A model generated the notes under the pieces. That model was not told where the DNA came from. It saw only the letters and a list, made by a program, of their open reading frames with translations, and did no database searches. Below, in pieces: positions 10,900 to 20,054 of a stretch of DNA of 64,000 bases. The stretch is taken from positions 288,001-352,000 of the forward strand of contig CAVZZA010000001.1 in NCBI GenBank assembly GCA_963779615.1, in the 5' to 3' direction. This DNA is from an uncultured Nitrososphaeraceae archaeon (GTDB lineage: Archaea; Thermoproteota; Nitrososphaeria; Nitrososphaerales; Nitrososphaeraceae). The translations under genes and the position numbers were made by a program. The first letter of the stretch is position 1, and every line of letters begins with the position of its first letter.

Positions 10900-10952
10900 T
10901 TTAGGTTTCATTCACTTTTGAGACACATCCCACCGGGCCCGCTTAAATAATG
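10900..10952 (+). repeat. Direct repeat copy 2 containing a tRNA-Arg-like 3' end (att-like site)
   Basis: Core at 10924-10944 is identical to 8146-8166. Confidence 0.8.
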
Positions 10953-10978
10953 AAAAATGATTAGTTAAATACAATTAT

Positions 10979-11683
10979 TTATAGACTATATTTTTTCCTA
11001 AATGTTGAGGCGATGATGGACGTTCCCATAAAGGTGGCGGTCCAATACAGCCATAGGTTTTCCACCATTCCCCCCGACAACAAAGCAGGGGCCAAGGACC
11101 TGGCAGGGTTCATTGATGCTCCGGATATAAATGCCAAAAAGAATATGTCCAAGCCAACGATTCCAGCAATAACAATACCGCCAAAACCTCTCAAGCCCTT
11201 TGTATATACCACCACCAAGATTACAGCCATCAATAAAGCAGAAGCCAATACCTCCACCCCAAATATCAAAGGCAAAGGATACGCATAGTTCGGTGAGTTG
11301 GCCCCCAGAAAAGCCTCATTCCCTATGGCATACTTTACAAACAAGCTTGCCAATAGCGCCCCTATTATCTCTGCAGATATGTAAAGCAGCAACTGCCTTT
11401 TTGTTATGTGCTTTGTAATCAGGAAACCCAAGGTCACGGCAGGGTTAAAATGCGCCATGGAGATTTTGCCAAACAGGTATACGCCTATCGCTACTCCAAC
11501 AAATGGCGCAAATGCAATAAAGGGAATTCCCAATACCCCGTTCATTTTGGCGTCAATAACTACAGAGCCAGTGGCCAATACCACGACAATAAAAGTTCCA
11601 ATTACCTCAGCAATAAACTTCTTTTGGCTTGAGGACAGGTTATCCCTCAATGTTGTGACCAGGCTATTTGTTGCGTTTTTCAC
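10979..11683 (-). CDS. MIP/aquaporin-family channel in an arsenic cluster
   Basis: Two NPA motifs (HFNPAVT, SMNPARSLAPA); six hydrophobic segments. Confidence 0.92.
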   Translation of the reverse strand: MKNATNSLVTTLRDNLSSSQKKFIAEVIGTFIVVVLATGSVVIDAKMNGVLGIPFIAFAPFVGVAIGVYLFGKISMAHFNPAVTLGFLITKHITKRQLLLYISAEIIGALLASLFVKYAIGNEAFLGANSPNYAYPLPLIFGVEVLASALLMAVILVVVYTKGLRGFGGIVIAGIVGLDIFFLAFISGASMNPARSLAPALLSGGMVENLWLYWTATFMGTSIIASTFRKKYSL

Positions 11684-11753
11684 CGTCTTCTCTTCTCTTC
11701 TGTTAGTTTACAACCTGATTTTCCATGACAACATATAAAATATTGTGTAAGCT

Positions 11754-12209
11754 TTAGTTTTCCTTCTCATCTTTGCCAATTTGTTCTACTGCTTCCTTTA
11801 TTCTCCTCTTGATTTCATCCCTTATCTCCCTTACCTTTTCTATGGGCTTGTCCTTAGGGTCCTCAATTCCCCAGTCCACAACTTTAGGGACAAATAAAGT
11901 AGGGCAGAAATCTTTATCCATGCATCCCATGTTGATTATTTTTGTTGCGTTTCTTATCATGTCTTCGGTAAGCTCCTTTGGTTTTTGGCTGCGGATATCT
12001 ATACCAATTTCTTTCATCACGTCTACAGCAACGGGATTGATTTGGGATTTATGGCGTGTCCCGGCGCTTATTGGTTCATAATCGTCGGTACCATACTTTC
12101 TAAAAAAGCCCTCTGCCATTTGGCTGCGCCCTGCATTCTCTACACACACAAAGAGTATCATCTTTTTTGTTTTGTTTTCAGCATATTTACTTTTGAATGA
12201 GAGCTTCAT
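11754..12209 (-). CDS. arsC: Arsenate reductase, LMW-PTP family
   Basis: LFVCVENAGRSQMAEG, SAGT, MGC...CP and WGIEDP motifs. Confidence 0.88.
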   Translation of the reverse strand: MKLSFKSKYAENKTKKMILFVCVENAGRSQMAEGFFRKYGTDDYEPISAGTRHKSQINPVAVDVMKEIGIDIRSQKPKELTEDMIRNATKIINMGCMDKDFCPTLFVPKVVDWGIEDPKDKPIEKVREIRDEIKRRIKEAVEQIGKDEKEN

Positions 12210-12237
12210 TTTTCAATGCCATCTTGTTTTTTTATTG

Positions 12238-13026
12238 TTATTTAATCGCCTTCACAGCAAGGCTGGTAATTTTTCTTCCCCCCCCACCATTCCCTTCCAT
12301 CTCGGTGTATGGTTTTTCATCCAGCGCCTCAACATTGGTAAACCCTGCTTCCCTTATGGCATTGACATAGTTTTCTTTTGTTAATGCGCCATCAATGCAA
12401 CTGCACCAATTATCCGCATTTACAGAGTACTCGTTCATTTCTTTAGATGTGACCAAATCCGATATCACCATTTTTCCAATCCCATTTGGCTCTAGAATCC
12501 TGTGTATCTCGAATGCATCTACCTTATTGGATGCAAGGTGGATAACGCAATTGCTTATGACTACATCTGCACTGTTATCCTCAACAAGTATTCTTTTCTC
12601 AATGTCCCCTTGCCGGAACTCTACGTTTTTGTAATTGTATTTTTTAGCGCTATTTCTTGCTTTTTCTAAAATCTTATCCGTCATGTCTATTCCAACGACC
12701 TTTCCGTTATCCTTGACAATATTGGCAGCCAAGAACACATCAATGCCGGCCCCCGAACCCAAGTCAACTACCGTATCTCCCTCTTTTATATGGGCAAATT
12801 TTGTGGGGTTACTGCATCCTACCCCCAGAATAGCGGGTTGGGGTATGGCCGCCAATTCCTCTGAATCATAACCGATTGCTTTTGAAGAATTAATTTGGGA
12901 ATCGACATTATTTTCAGGACTGCAACATTCTGAAGGCATGCAACAAGAATCTGAATTACCAAATACGGCGATTGTGCCACATCTTTCTTCGATTTTATTC
13001 TTTATGTTTTTGTCACTAGTGGTCAT
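12238..13026 (-). CDS. arsM: Arsenite S-adenosylmethionine methyltransferase
   Basis: N-terminal CC...CC, LGVGCSNP, DLGSGAGID, SNCVI and WCSCIDGA. A few substitutions in conserved positions could indicate early decay. Confidence 0.85.
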   Translation of the reverse strand: MTTSDKNIKNKIEERCGTIAVFGNSDSCCMPSECCSPENNVDSQINSSKAIGYDSEELAAIPQPAILGVGCSNPTKFAHIKEGDTVVDLGSGAGIDVFLAANIVKDNGKVVGIDMTDKILEKARNSAKKYNYKNVEFRQGDIEKRILVEDNSADVVISNCVIHLASNKVDAFEIHRILEPNGIGKMVISDLVTSKEMNEYSVNADNWCSCIDGALTKENYVNAIREAGFTNVEALDEKPYTEMEGNGGGGRKITSLAVKAIK

Positions 13027-13030
13027 ACCT

Positions 13031-13049
13031 TAGTTTACATTAGAAACTA
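13031..13049. promoter_or_regulatory. Palindromic candidate operator TAGTTT-N7-AAACTA between arsM and the HxlR gene
   Basis: Inverted repeat lying between the arsM start and its TATA-like element. Confidence 0.4.
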
Positions 13050-13081
13050 TTTAAGTTGGTAAGAGTAAAATAGTAAAGCAA

Positions 13082-13519
13082 GTGAAATCAGGTAAACAAA
13101 AGGGTTCTAAAGCAGTCAATAGAAATGATTTATCCAAGGATAGCGCATCCAAGTTACCAACTGTTCACAATGATAATAATTCTTGCGATTTCAAAGGATA
13201 CGATGTTGATGTATTGATGAAAGAAACATCATCGCTAAGAAAATTAGTAACAAAGAGAGGAACACTAGAAATTTTGTTACCATTGTGTTGTACTACCGAT
13301 TCTGTAAGATACCTAAAATTCAAAAAAACAATGAAGGGTTTCAGCAGCAAAACCCTTGCAACAAGGTTAAAAGAGCTAGAAAGAAGTGGAATTTTAAACC
13401 GACAAGCATACAACGAAATCCCACCCAGGGTAGAATATCGATTGACAGCAAAGGGACAAGAATTAACAGAATCCATAGTGGGTTTATTGCAATGGATGAT
13501 TAAATGGTCAACAAAATAA
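13082..13519 (+). CDS. HxlR-family winged-helix regulator
   Basis: GFSSKTLATRLKELE...EIPPRVEYRLTAKGQEL motif; divergent from arsM. Confidence 0.9.
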   Translation: MKSGKQKGSKAVNRNDLSKDSASKLPTVHNDNNSCDFKGYDVDVLMKETSSLRKLVTKRGTLEILLPLCCTTDSVRYLKFKKTMKGFSSKTLATRLKELERSGILNRQAYNEIPPRVEYRLTAKGQELTESIVGLLQWMIKWSTK

Positions 13520-14289
13520 CTATTATGTATCCTAGTTTTATTAACTTTTAATATTTGGCAGCACAATATAAAGAGATTCTATACTGTATGATTGTGGCTA
13601 AGAGAAGACTATATTTGGCTATTTAGTGCATTTGATGGCCTTGTGCTCTTTCTATGAAATAATCCCAACATTTCAGAAAGCTCATTTTCATAGGACTTAT
13701 TATTTGGACAGACTTTAAAACCTTGGAACTTAAATATTTTATTTAAGCTTTGATAGATTTACTACTGTTATTATGCTCTTTAGACTAAAATTTATTCAAC
13801 TTTTTTAACATGTTAATTTAATCTAATAAATATACATTTACAATACCTTATGATATTATTTTTGAGTAACATACTAAAGTTTGATTATAGGGTAATGATA
13901 AATCGCAGAATTAACATATCCGTTGGATAAACATAGTTGATATATTGATTTATTTCCGATTTAACAAAATTCAATGTAAACATCCTGTTTCACACAGAGA
14001 CATATGATATACAAAGCCACAGTAATTTTCTTAAAGATAGAGCATCCTTTTGTTTTTGCGTATAGGAATGAGAAAATGATTATAAAAAGGGCTGTTCAAT
14101 ATCCAAGGCAGACAGAATATTTCGGCAGCTATTTTTCAGGCATAAATAGGAACCTGGAACCAAATCATGTGTAGAATTGGTTTAATTCTTTTGTAATACA
14201 CTATAATTTTGAGCAAATTCATTAATTGAAGATTCATCTGTCAGGAAATTCTATTTAAGAGCAAAAAGACCTTCACATCAAATCACACA

Positions 14290-14751
14290 TCAATCATTTT
14301 TGAGATCATTTATTTTGCTAACAGTTTTTTCTATAGACCTTCTTACATCATCCAATAACTCTTCAAGGACTTTTTCATCAAAATCGCCTTTTTTGCGCGA
14401 GTTCAGCTCACTATTGTAATACTTCATCCAAGAATATGTACGTTGGATGCTTTGAAAAAGCTCAAATTGAAGAAGCGATTGTTTTCCTGAAAGTATTACT
14501 GCATCCCACATGTCAGTTAGAAATGGCTTGTAATCTTTGTATTGTAATGATTCATCAATAAAACAAAGTCTATGTTCTAAATCGTCCTTGATAAATCTAA
14601 TTATGTTTTTTATGGTTTTTTTGTCTTCCTTCACTTGAGACCAACGATAGGCCCAGTGTTCTATATATACAGTAAACCAAATTATTCCCGCTAATAGAAC
14701 CATTTCAACAATAAGGTAATCCCAATCAATAGCCATAGTAACATAATACAA
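14290..14751 (-). CDS. Hypothetical protein with N-terminal transmembrane helix
   Basis: 153-aa ORF with a hydrophobic N-terminus. Confidence 0.65.
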   Translation of the reverse strand: MYYVTMAIDWDYLIVEMVLLAGIIWFTVYIEHWAYRWSQVKEDKKTIKNIIRFIKDDLEHRLCFIDESLQYKDYKPFLTDMWDAVILSGKQSLLQFELFQSIQRTYSWMKYYNSELNSRKKGDFDEKVLEELLDDVRRSIEKTVSKINDLKND

Positions 14752-14841
14752 TTACAAATATTTTTCCTTTATCAAAAATAGAAAAAATAATTTAGACTAA
14801 ATATAAATCCCCATAATTAGATGATAATTTTTTAGATTCAT

Positions 14842-15059
14842 CTATATTCGAAAGGTTTTTTCCAGTAATCTAGATTTAGAACGGGTGTTATGAGGTTTTA
14901 TTCTAAGAATATGATCACAGCATGGACACCTCACACCATCCCATTCTAAGAATATATTGCATTCTATACACCTTTTGTAACCCTCAGAATAATATCCCCG
15001 GAATATTCATTTTTATAAGCCTTGTAGGATCCACAAGCATCTTTGCAGAACTTCCTCAA
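14842..15059 (-). CDS. Small Cys-rich zinc-binding protein, frameshifted at G4 run 14996-14999 (not in ORF track)
   Basis: MRKFCKDACGSYKAYKNEYS|GYYSEGYKRCIECNIFLEWDGVRCPCCDHILRIKP...RI*. Confidence 0.65.
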
Positions 15060-15114
15060 CTCTTATTATATTTCCAATATCGTCTGATACACAGCATTTA
15101 AAGGCGATTCATCA

Positions 15115-16017
15115 TTAAACAAGTTTTTTAACCTCTGGAAGATCTCTACACATATTCACAAATTGCTTTTGCTTATTCTCCAAATCTTTGTTCAATTTAT
15201 TGGCAAGTTCTACTATATATTGTTCAGAGCCAGCTTTTTTCAGCAATTTCAAGGCATTGTTAGTATTATTTATATCCTGCAAGACTTGCTGAACTTTTTC
15301 CAAATCCTTTGCAACAGTTATGGCTTTATTACTTTGCTGATTAGGAACTTTGTTATCGCTTTGTTCCTTACTATTTGATAGAATATCTAAAGTAAGCTGT
15401 AATTTTTCCAACATCTTTAGGAATCTGTTAGTTTTTCTGAGGGCATTATTATCCAATGTGTTGTCTGAAACAATTATTCTAATTTTGTTTTCTAATTTTT
15501 TTGTTAAACGATCCAACCTCAGAATGAATTTCTTTGTTCTCTTTTGTATGGAGAAGCTACTGAATTTACTATCAAATGATGTTAATTGAAGAGAATTAAA
15601 ATCGAAAATAATTTTATTTGCTTTTGATAATAAACCTTGTTTTTCAACTTTAAGATAGTTTTCAAAATTTCTTTTATGAGTTTGTTCACTATCTGTAGTT
15701 TTATTCTTCATTATTTCTTTATCGATTATATCAAATGCTTTCAATTTTCGCTCTAGTTTATAGAGAGATATAGATATTTCTTCAATCTCTTTCAAGGTCT
15801 TTTGTTTTCTGATTTTCTTTGGAAAAACTATTTGGTTGGTTCCCAAATCTTTTAGTGTAGAGCTTATATCGGAAAAATCTTTATCGTTATTATTCTTCAA
15901 ATAGTTACTGGCCTTATTCTTTAATTCTATCACATTTTTTTCATAATTGTTTACATACCTTTTAATCACATTTTCTTCCAAGGCAACTATATTGCTGGTC
16001 ATAAATTTCTCTAACAA
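15115..16017 (-). CDS. Degenerate CHAD-domain protein (start may be ATG 16002)
   Basis: Aligns by eye with the CHAD protein at 26777-27688 (PKKIRKQK...LYKL...AFDII; LEKVQQVLQDIN) but lacks the His/Arg motifs. Confidence 0.65.
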   Translation of the reverse strand: MLEKFMTSNIVALEENVIKRYVNNYEKNVIELKNKASNYLKNNNDKDFSDISSTLKDLGTNQIVFPKKIRKQKTLKEIEEISISLYKLERKLKAFDIIDKEIMKNKTTDSEQTHKRNFENYLKVEKQGLLSKANKIIFDFNSLQLTSFDSKFSSFSIQKRTKKFILRLDRLTKKLENKIRIIVSDNTLDNNALRKTNRFLKMLEKLQLTLDILSNSKEQSDNKVPNQQSNKAITVAKDLEKVQQVLQDINNTNNALKLLKKAGSEQYIVELANKLNKDLENKQKQFVNMCRDLPEVKKLV

Positions 16018-16030
16018 CGGTTATATTTAG

Positions 16031-16066
16031 GTATATAGTCTATATTCATCTATATAGTCTATATCG
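16031..16066. promoter_or_regulatory. Four-unit CTATATAG-like array (16031, 16040, 16050, 16059) in the divergent CHAD / kinase intergenic region
   Basis: Contains a perfect 14-bp direct repeat TATATAGTCTATAT at 16032 and 16051. Confidence 0.7.
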
Positions 16067-16180
16067 TCACACATTATATATGATGATATTAAATCAGTCT
16101 TAAGTGGAGTAGACATAATTACGACAAATATGTTACATTTTGTGTTTGTCAATTTAAAAATAGATCAATGAGGGAACATA

Positions 16181-16939
16181 ATGCAAAATAATAAAACAAA
16201 ATCTAGTAAAGACATTGGAACTCTCATAGTGGTTGAGGGGATAGATGGGTCTGGAAAGTCAACTCAAATACACCTGCTGGATAAGTGGTTGAGATCAAAA
16301 GGGTATAACGTTTTTTTTACCGAGTGGAACTCTTCCGCATCTGTTAAGGAAATTACCTCCAAGGGCAAGAAAAAGGCCATGTTGACCCCAACAACTTTTT
16401 CTCTCCTTCATGCAACGGATTTTGCTGACAGGTATGAAAGGAATATTTATCCGCTGTTGAGGGCGGGGTACATCGTGCTTGCGGACAGGTACGTCTATAC
16501 CGCGTTGGCAAGGGACATTGTTAGGGGATGCGACAAGGGATGGGTGGAAAACATCTACAAGTACGCAATTAAACCGGACATAATTTTTTATTTTCAGGTG
16601 CCTGTAGAAACTGCAGTCAACAGAATCATAACAAGCAGGCCAAAACTAAAATATTATGAGGCTGGAATGGACTTAAAGTTAAGCAAGGATGAACATGAAA
16701 GCTACAGGATATTCCAAGGGAGAATCGTTGATGAATATGAATCAATGGTAAACCCGGAGGGGTTCACAGTAATTGACGGCACCATGGACATTGAAAAACA
16801 ACAAAACTTGGTAAGAAAACGCGTATTAAAGTCCCTAGGCAACAAAAAAACACTCCTGGGTGACACACTTCAAGAAGGCAACGATATAAAAGTGGTGACA
16901 AGAAACGAAACCAAAAAAGCCAATCAGCAAAAACAATAA
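16181..16939 (+). CDS. Thymidylate-kinase-like protein, probable PPK3 catalytic-type subunit
   Basis: VEGIDGSGKST, TEWNSS, LLHATDFADR, LADRY, YYEAGMD and FQGRI motifs; tandem with a second Tmk-like gene. Confidence 0.8.
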   Translation: MQNNKTKSSKDIGTLIVVEGIDGSGKSTQIHLLDKWLRSKGYNVFFTEWNSSASVKEITSKGKKKAMLTPTTFSLLHATDFADRYERNIYPLLRAGYIVLADRYVYTALARDIVRGCDKGWVENIYKYAIKPDIIFYFQVPVETAVNRIITSRPKLKYYEAGMDLKLSKDEHESYRIFQGRIVDEYESMVNPEGFTVIDGTMDIEKQQNLVRKRVLKSLGNKKTLLGDTLQEGNDIKVVTRNETKKANQQKQ

Positions 16940-16940
16940 A

Positions 16941-17645
16941 ATAAAGTTCATAGATACAGGAATAAAGTATCTTCAGGACATAGAGATAAAGGGGTCTTTT
17001 GTAGTGATAGAGGGTCCCGATGCATCAGGAAGAAGCACACAGATTGAAAAAATAACAACAAAACTTGAGGCTGACGGGCATGCTGTTGTAAATGCAGGGT
17101 TGCGGAGATCGGATCTTGTTTCCAAAGGGATTATGGAGGCAAAAAGAAATTATTTGATAGGGAATAGGACAATGACCCTTTATTACGCGGCAGATTTTGC
17201 AGACCAGCTGGAAAAAAAAATCATTCCGGCGCTAAAGGCAGGTTTCATTGTGATTTCTGACAGATACATATACACACTGATAGCGAGAAGCTCTGTCAGG
17301 GGAATAGACAAAAACTGGCTGCACAGCTTATTTAGTTTTGCCATCAAACCGGATTTGGTTTTCCATTTGGATGTAGATCCGCATAACTTGATACACAGGG
17401 TGTTTCAGAAAAACTACTCCCTGGACTATTATGAGTCGGGGGTTGATCTTGGGATTTCCAGCGACATTTTTGACTCATTCATAAAATACCAGTATGCACT
17501 GAAAAGGGAGTTTGAAAGGATGAGGGCAAGGTATAACCTGATTAACATAGACGGCAATGAAAGCATTGAGAAGGTGTACCAGCAAATCCAATCACAGATA
17601 GACGACTTTTTAATATCGGAAAACAAGGAAACGGTAATAAGGTGA
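16941..17645 (+). CDS. Second thymidylate-kinase-like protein, probable PPK3 regulatory-type subunit (start uncertain)
   Basis: Variant P-loop EGPDASGRST, YAADFADQLE, SDRY and DYYESGVD. The frame is open from 16899 with no ATG/GTG/TTG before 17004. Confidence 0.78.
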   Translation: MKFIDTGIKYLQDIEIKGSFVVIEGPDASGRSTQIEKITTKLEADGHAVVNAGLRRSDLVSKGIMEAKRNYLIGNRTMTLYYAADFADQLEKKIIPALKAGFIVISDRYIYTLIARSSVRGIDKNWLHSLFSFAIKPDLVFHLDVDPHNLIHRVFQKNYSLDYYESGVDLGISSDIFDSFIKYQYALKREFERMRARYNLINIDGNESIEKVYQQIQSQIDDFLISENKETVIR

Positions 17646-17735
17646 AATTATAACATTCTATTTGCATTCCAAAGATCATATAATGATACAGATATTAAGG
17701 CAATTATTGAAATATCATGATAGCATTGACAATTA

Positions 17736-17894
17736 TTACTTTTGATTTCTTAGTTCCACCAAGATTTCATCGATAATTGATTTAATCTCGTTTTCATCAC
17801 CTAGTAAGCCTTTACTTTCAAAATCATTAATATTGGCATGTTTCTCAACAACCTTCAGAAACATCTTTTCAACATCATTATTCTTATGATCCAT
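17736..17894 (-). CDS. Small hypothetical protein (52 aa)
   Basis: MDHKNNDVEKMFLKVVEKH...IIDEILVELRNQK*. Confidence 0.4.
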   Translation of the reverse strand: MDHKNNDVEKMFLKVVEKHANINDFESKGLLGDENEIKSIIDEILVELRNQK

Positions 17895-18402
17895 TTGATA
17901 TTATTTAGTGGTGGGGGCGTACCTATAGTTGATCTAAGTGAAGTATGTAAATGCACATAGAAGAGGTGCATCTATAATGAATCACTTGAATTATACTTGT
18001 ATATCTTGTAATAAACTATTGTTGCTTAAATATAGTAACTACAATATTAAATAACCACGTCAATTATCTCATCTTTTACTAAATCGCCAAATATCGACAT
18101 ATACAAATACCCATCACGAAATATCTCCTTTCTAAAGATAGTAAAAATAGCAATTTATTTTTAAAATTAGTTAAGTAGGCTAAAGTAAATACTGTTTCCC
18201 GATGGAAGCTTTAGTATTTGCTACAGTTTTTTCAATATTTTTATAGCTATTTCCCACTTCAATACTTTTTTCTATTATTTACTTTATTTTTTAAATAAAT
18301 ACCTAATCTTCGAAAAGATTTCCAATCTTTTATTTTTATTTTTATCTAATACTCTTTTATCTTTGCATGACAATTTTGTTCATCCAAATTATGGAAAATT
18401 AA

Positions 18403-18435
18403 TTACAGGTTAAGATGGCTGTTCTTAACCTGTAA
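18403..18435. repeat. Perfect 13-bp inverted repeat with 7-nt spacer
   Basis: TTACAGGTTAAGA-tggctgt-TCTTAACCTGTAA. Confidence 0.85.
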
Positions 18436-18555
18436 AGTAGAAAGTATTTTTGGTTGCGTGTTTTACGGGTGTTCCCCATCTAATGATATTAAAATTAAAC
18501 ATTTATCCTTATCATAAATGAAATATATGAAAAATATTCATCATATAGACAACAT

Positions 18556-19590
18556 TAGATCTCGCATAATTAGCATAAACAGATTTATGACCATCAGATC
18601 ATTAATTCATGTCCTTTCCTTGCTCTCATATGACAGGTTGTCCAAAAACCCATTGCTTTTCAAGTCATCCACCGGCTGACGGTAAAGGAGTTTGATGACA
18701 TTATGATATGAAGATGTTAAAAAGACAAGGCAAGCATGAGATCAGGCGATTATCCAAAAGAAATGATAGTAGAAAACGATCCATGGGTGCTGGGCGACAT
18801 TTCAAGATGGATGTTAAAAACAGGCTCCTGGTGCTTTTGGGCTACTATTGCCGCCTTTACACAACCTACCCGTTGGCCGGCTTTTTGTTTGACTTGGACC
18901 AGAGTAACGTCTGCAGGGATATTCAAAAGATTGAGTCGCGGGTAAGAAAATGCCTGCCAATTCCGCAAAAGACGCACAGATTGTCAAAAAGGATGCTCAC
19001 ACCAGAAGGGGTTGAAAAAATGTTTCCAGGCTTTCTGTCCTTCATAGACCGCACAGAACAGCAGATACCAATGCCTCACAAAAAAAGAAGAAAGGCGTAT
19101 TATTCAGGCAAGAAGAAAAGGCATACCGTAAATACACAGCTCATGGTTAACAATCAGGGTATCATCATTCACAAAACAGGCCACAAGAAAGGAAAAAGGT
19201 ATGACTACAACATATATAAAAATAATCACCCTGTGATTCTAATGCAAGTTGTCAGCGTGTTTGACCGTGGTTATCGAGGTTGAGAGAGACTTTCCTGACC
19301 AAAAGTCATCCTTGCCAAACAGAAAGATGAGAAACCAAGAGTTGACTCAAGAGGAAAATAAGTACAACCAGAACCACTCTAAAAAAAAGATGGTGATAAA
19401 GTATACCATTTGCAAGATGAAAAAGGACAGGATAATGGGCTACATCTTTAGAAACAGTCTCAAAAAGTATGACAAGATATCAGACATAGTTTCAGGACTG
19501 GTAAACTACAGAGCATTGTCATCTTTTTAGATAGGCATCAGTCTTGCCGTACTGATGGGACATACTGTTTCTGATTATGCAAAAGATCTA
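18556..19590 (+). mobile_element. Degraded IS5-family (ISL2-like, HTH + DDE_Tnp_4) element
   Basis: Frameshifted transposase (GAGRHFK, FLFDLDQSNVCRDI, YYSGKKKRHT, D.GY.G); imperfect IRs TAGATCT.GCATAAT at 18556 and ATTATGCAAAAGATCTA ending at 19590. Confidence 0.85.
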
Positions 19591-19785
19591 TGGAATCACG
19601 GGACGGCCTATCGTGTTGCTTGGTTTTTCGTCGGGCAATATGGCGATTATCCTGTCCCATAACTTGTCTCGAATTTTGGCGATGGCATGTTTATCTTTAA
19701 TCTTGTGGCAATTGCAGCAGCAAGGCGCACTTTTATCAAGGTTAACAACAAGACTATATGTCTACCTATTTTTGGGACAGTCTCT
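19591..19785 (-). mobile_element. Truncated IS5 (IS427-like) left end
   Basis: IR AGAGACTGTCCCAAAA resembles the IR at 24281; encodes KLWDRIIAILPDEKPSNTIGRPVIP and is cut off by the neighbouring IS. Confidence 0.75.
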
Positions 19786-20054
19786 CAGTAGAGTAGATTA
19801 AGTAAACACATTACACACTTTATTTACGATAGAAAAAGATATCGAGTTGTTGAACGTATATTTACCATTTAGAGACATGTAGTCTATATAGATAACACTT
19901 TTTATTTGATATTTACTCTTACTATGTATGTATTGTAAAATATATGATAAAAATCAAGAATTGACTTATAATCAACATAACAATCATCGTATTAAACACA
20001 AGGCAGTAAAAAGAGAAATTAACCAAAAAAAAGTGGAGGCGCTATAATACAGTA

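Noticed and set aside
16031-16066. Possible CRISPR array among the short repeats (also 28488 and 33768)
   Set aside because: Units are 6-14 bp with no unique 30-40 bp spacers, and no cas genes are present.
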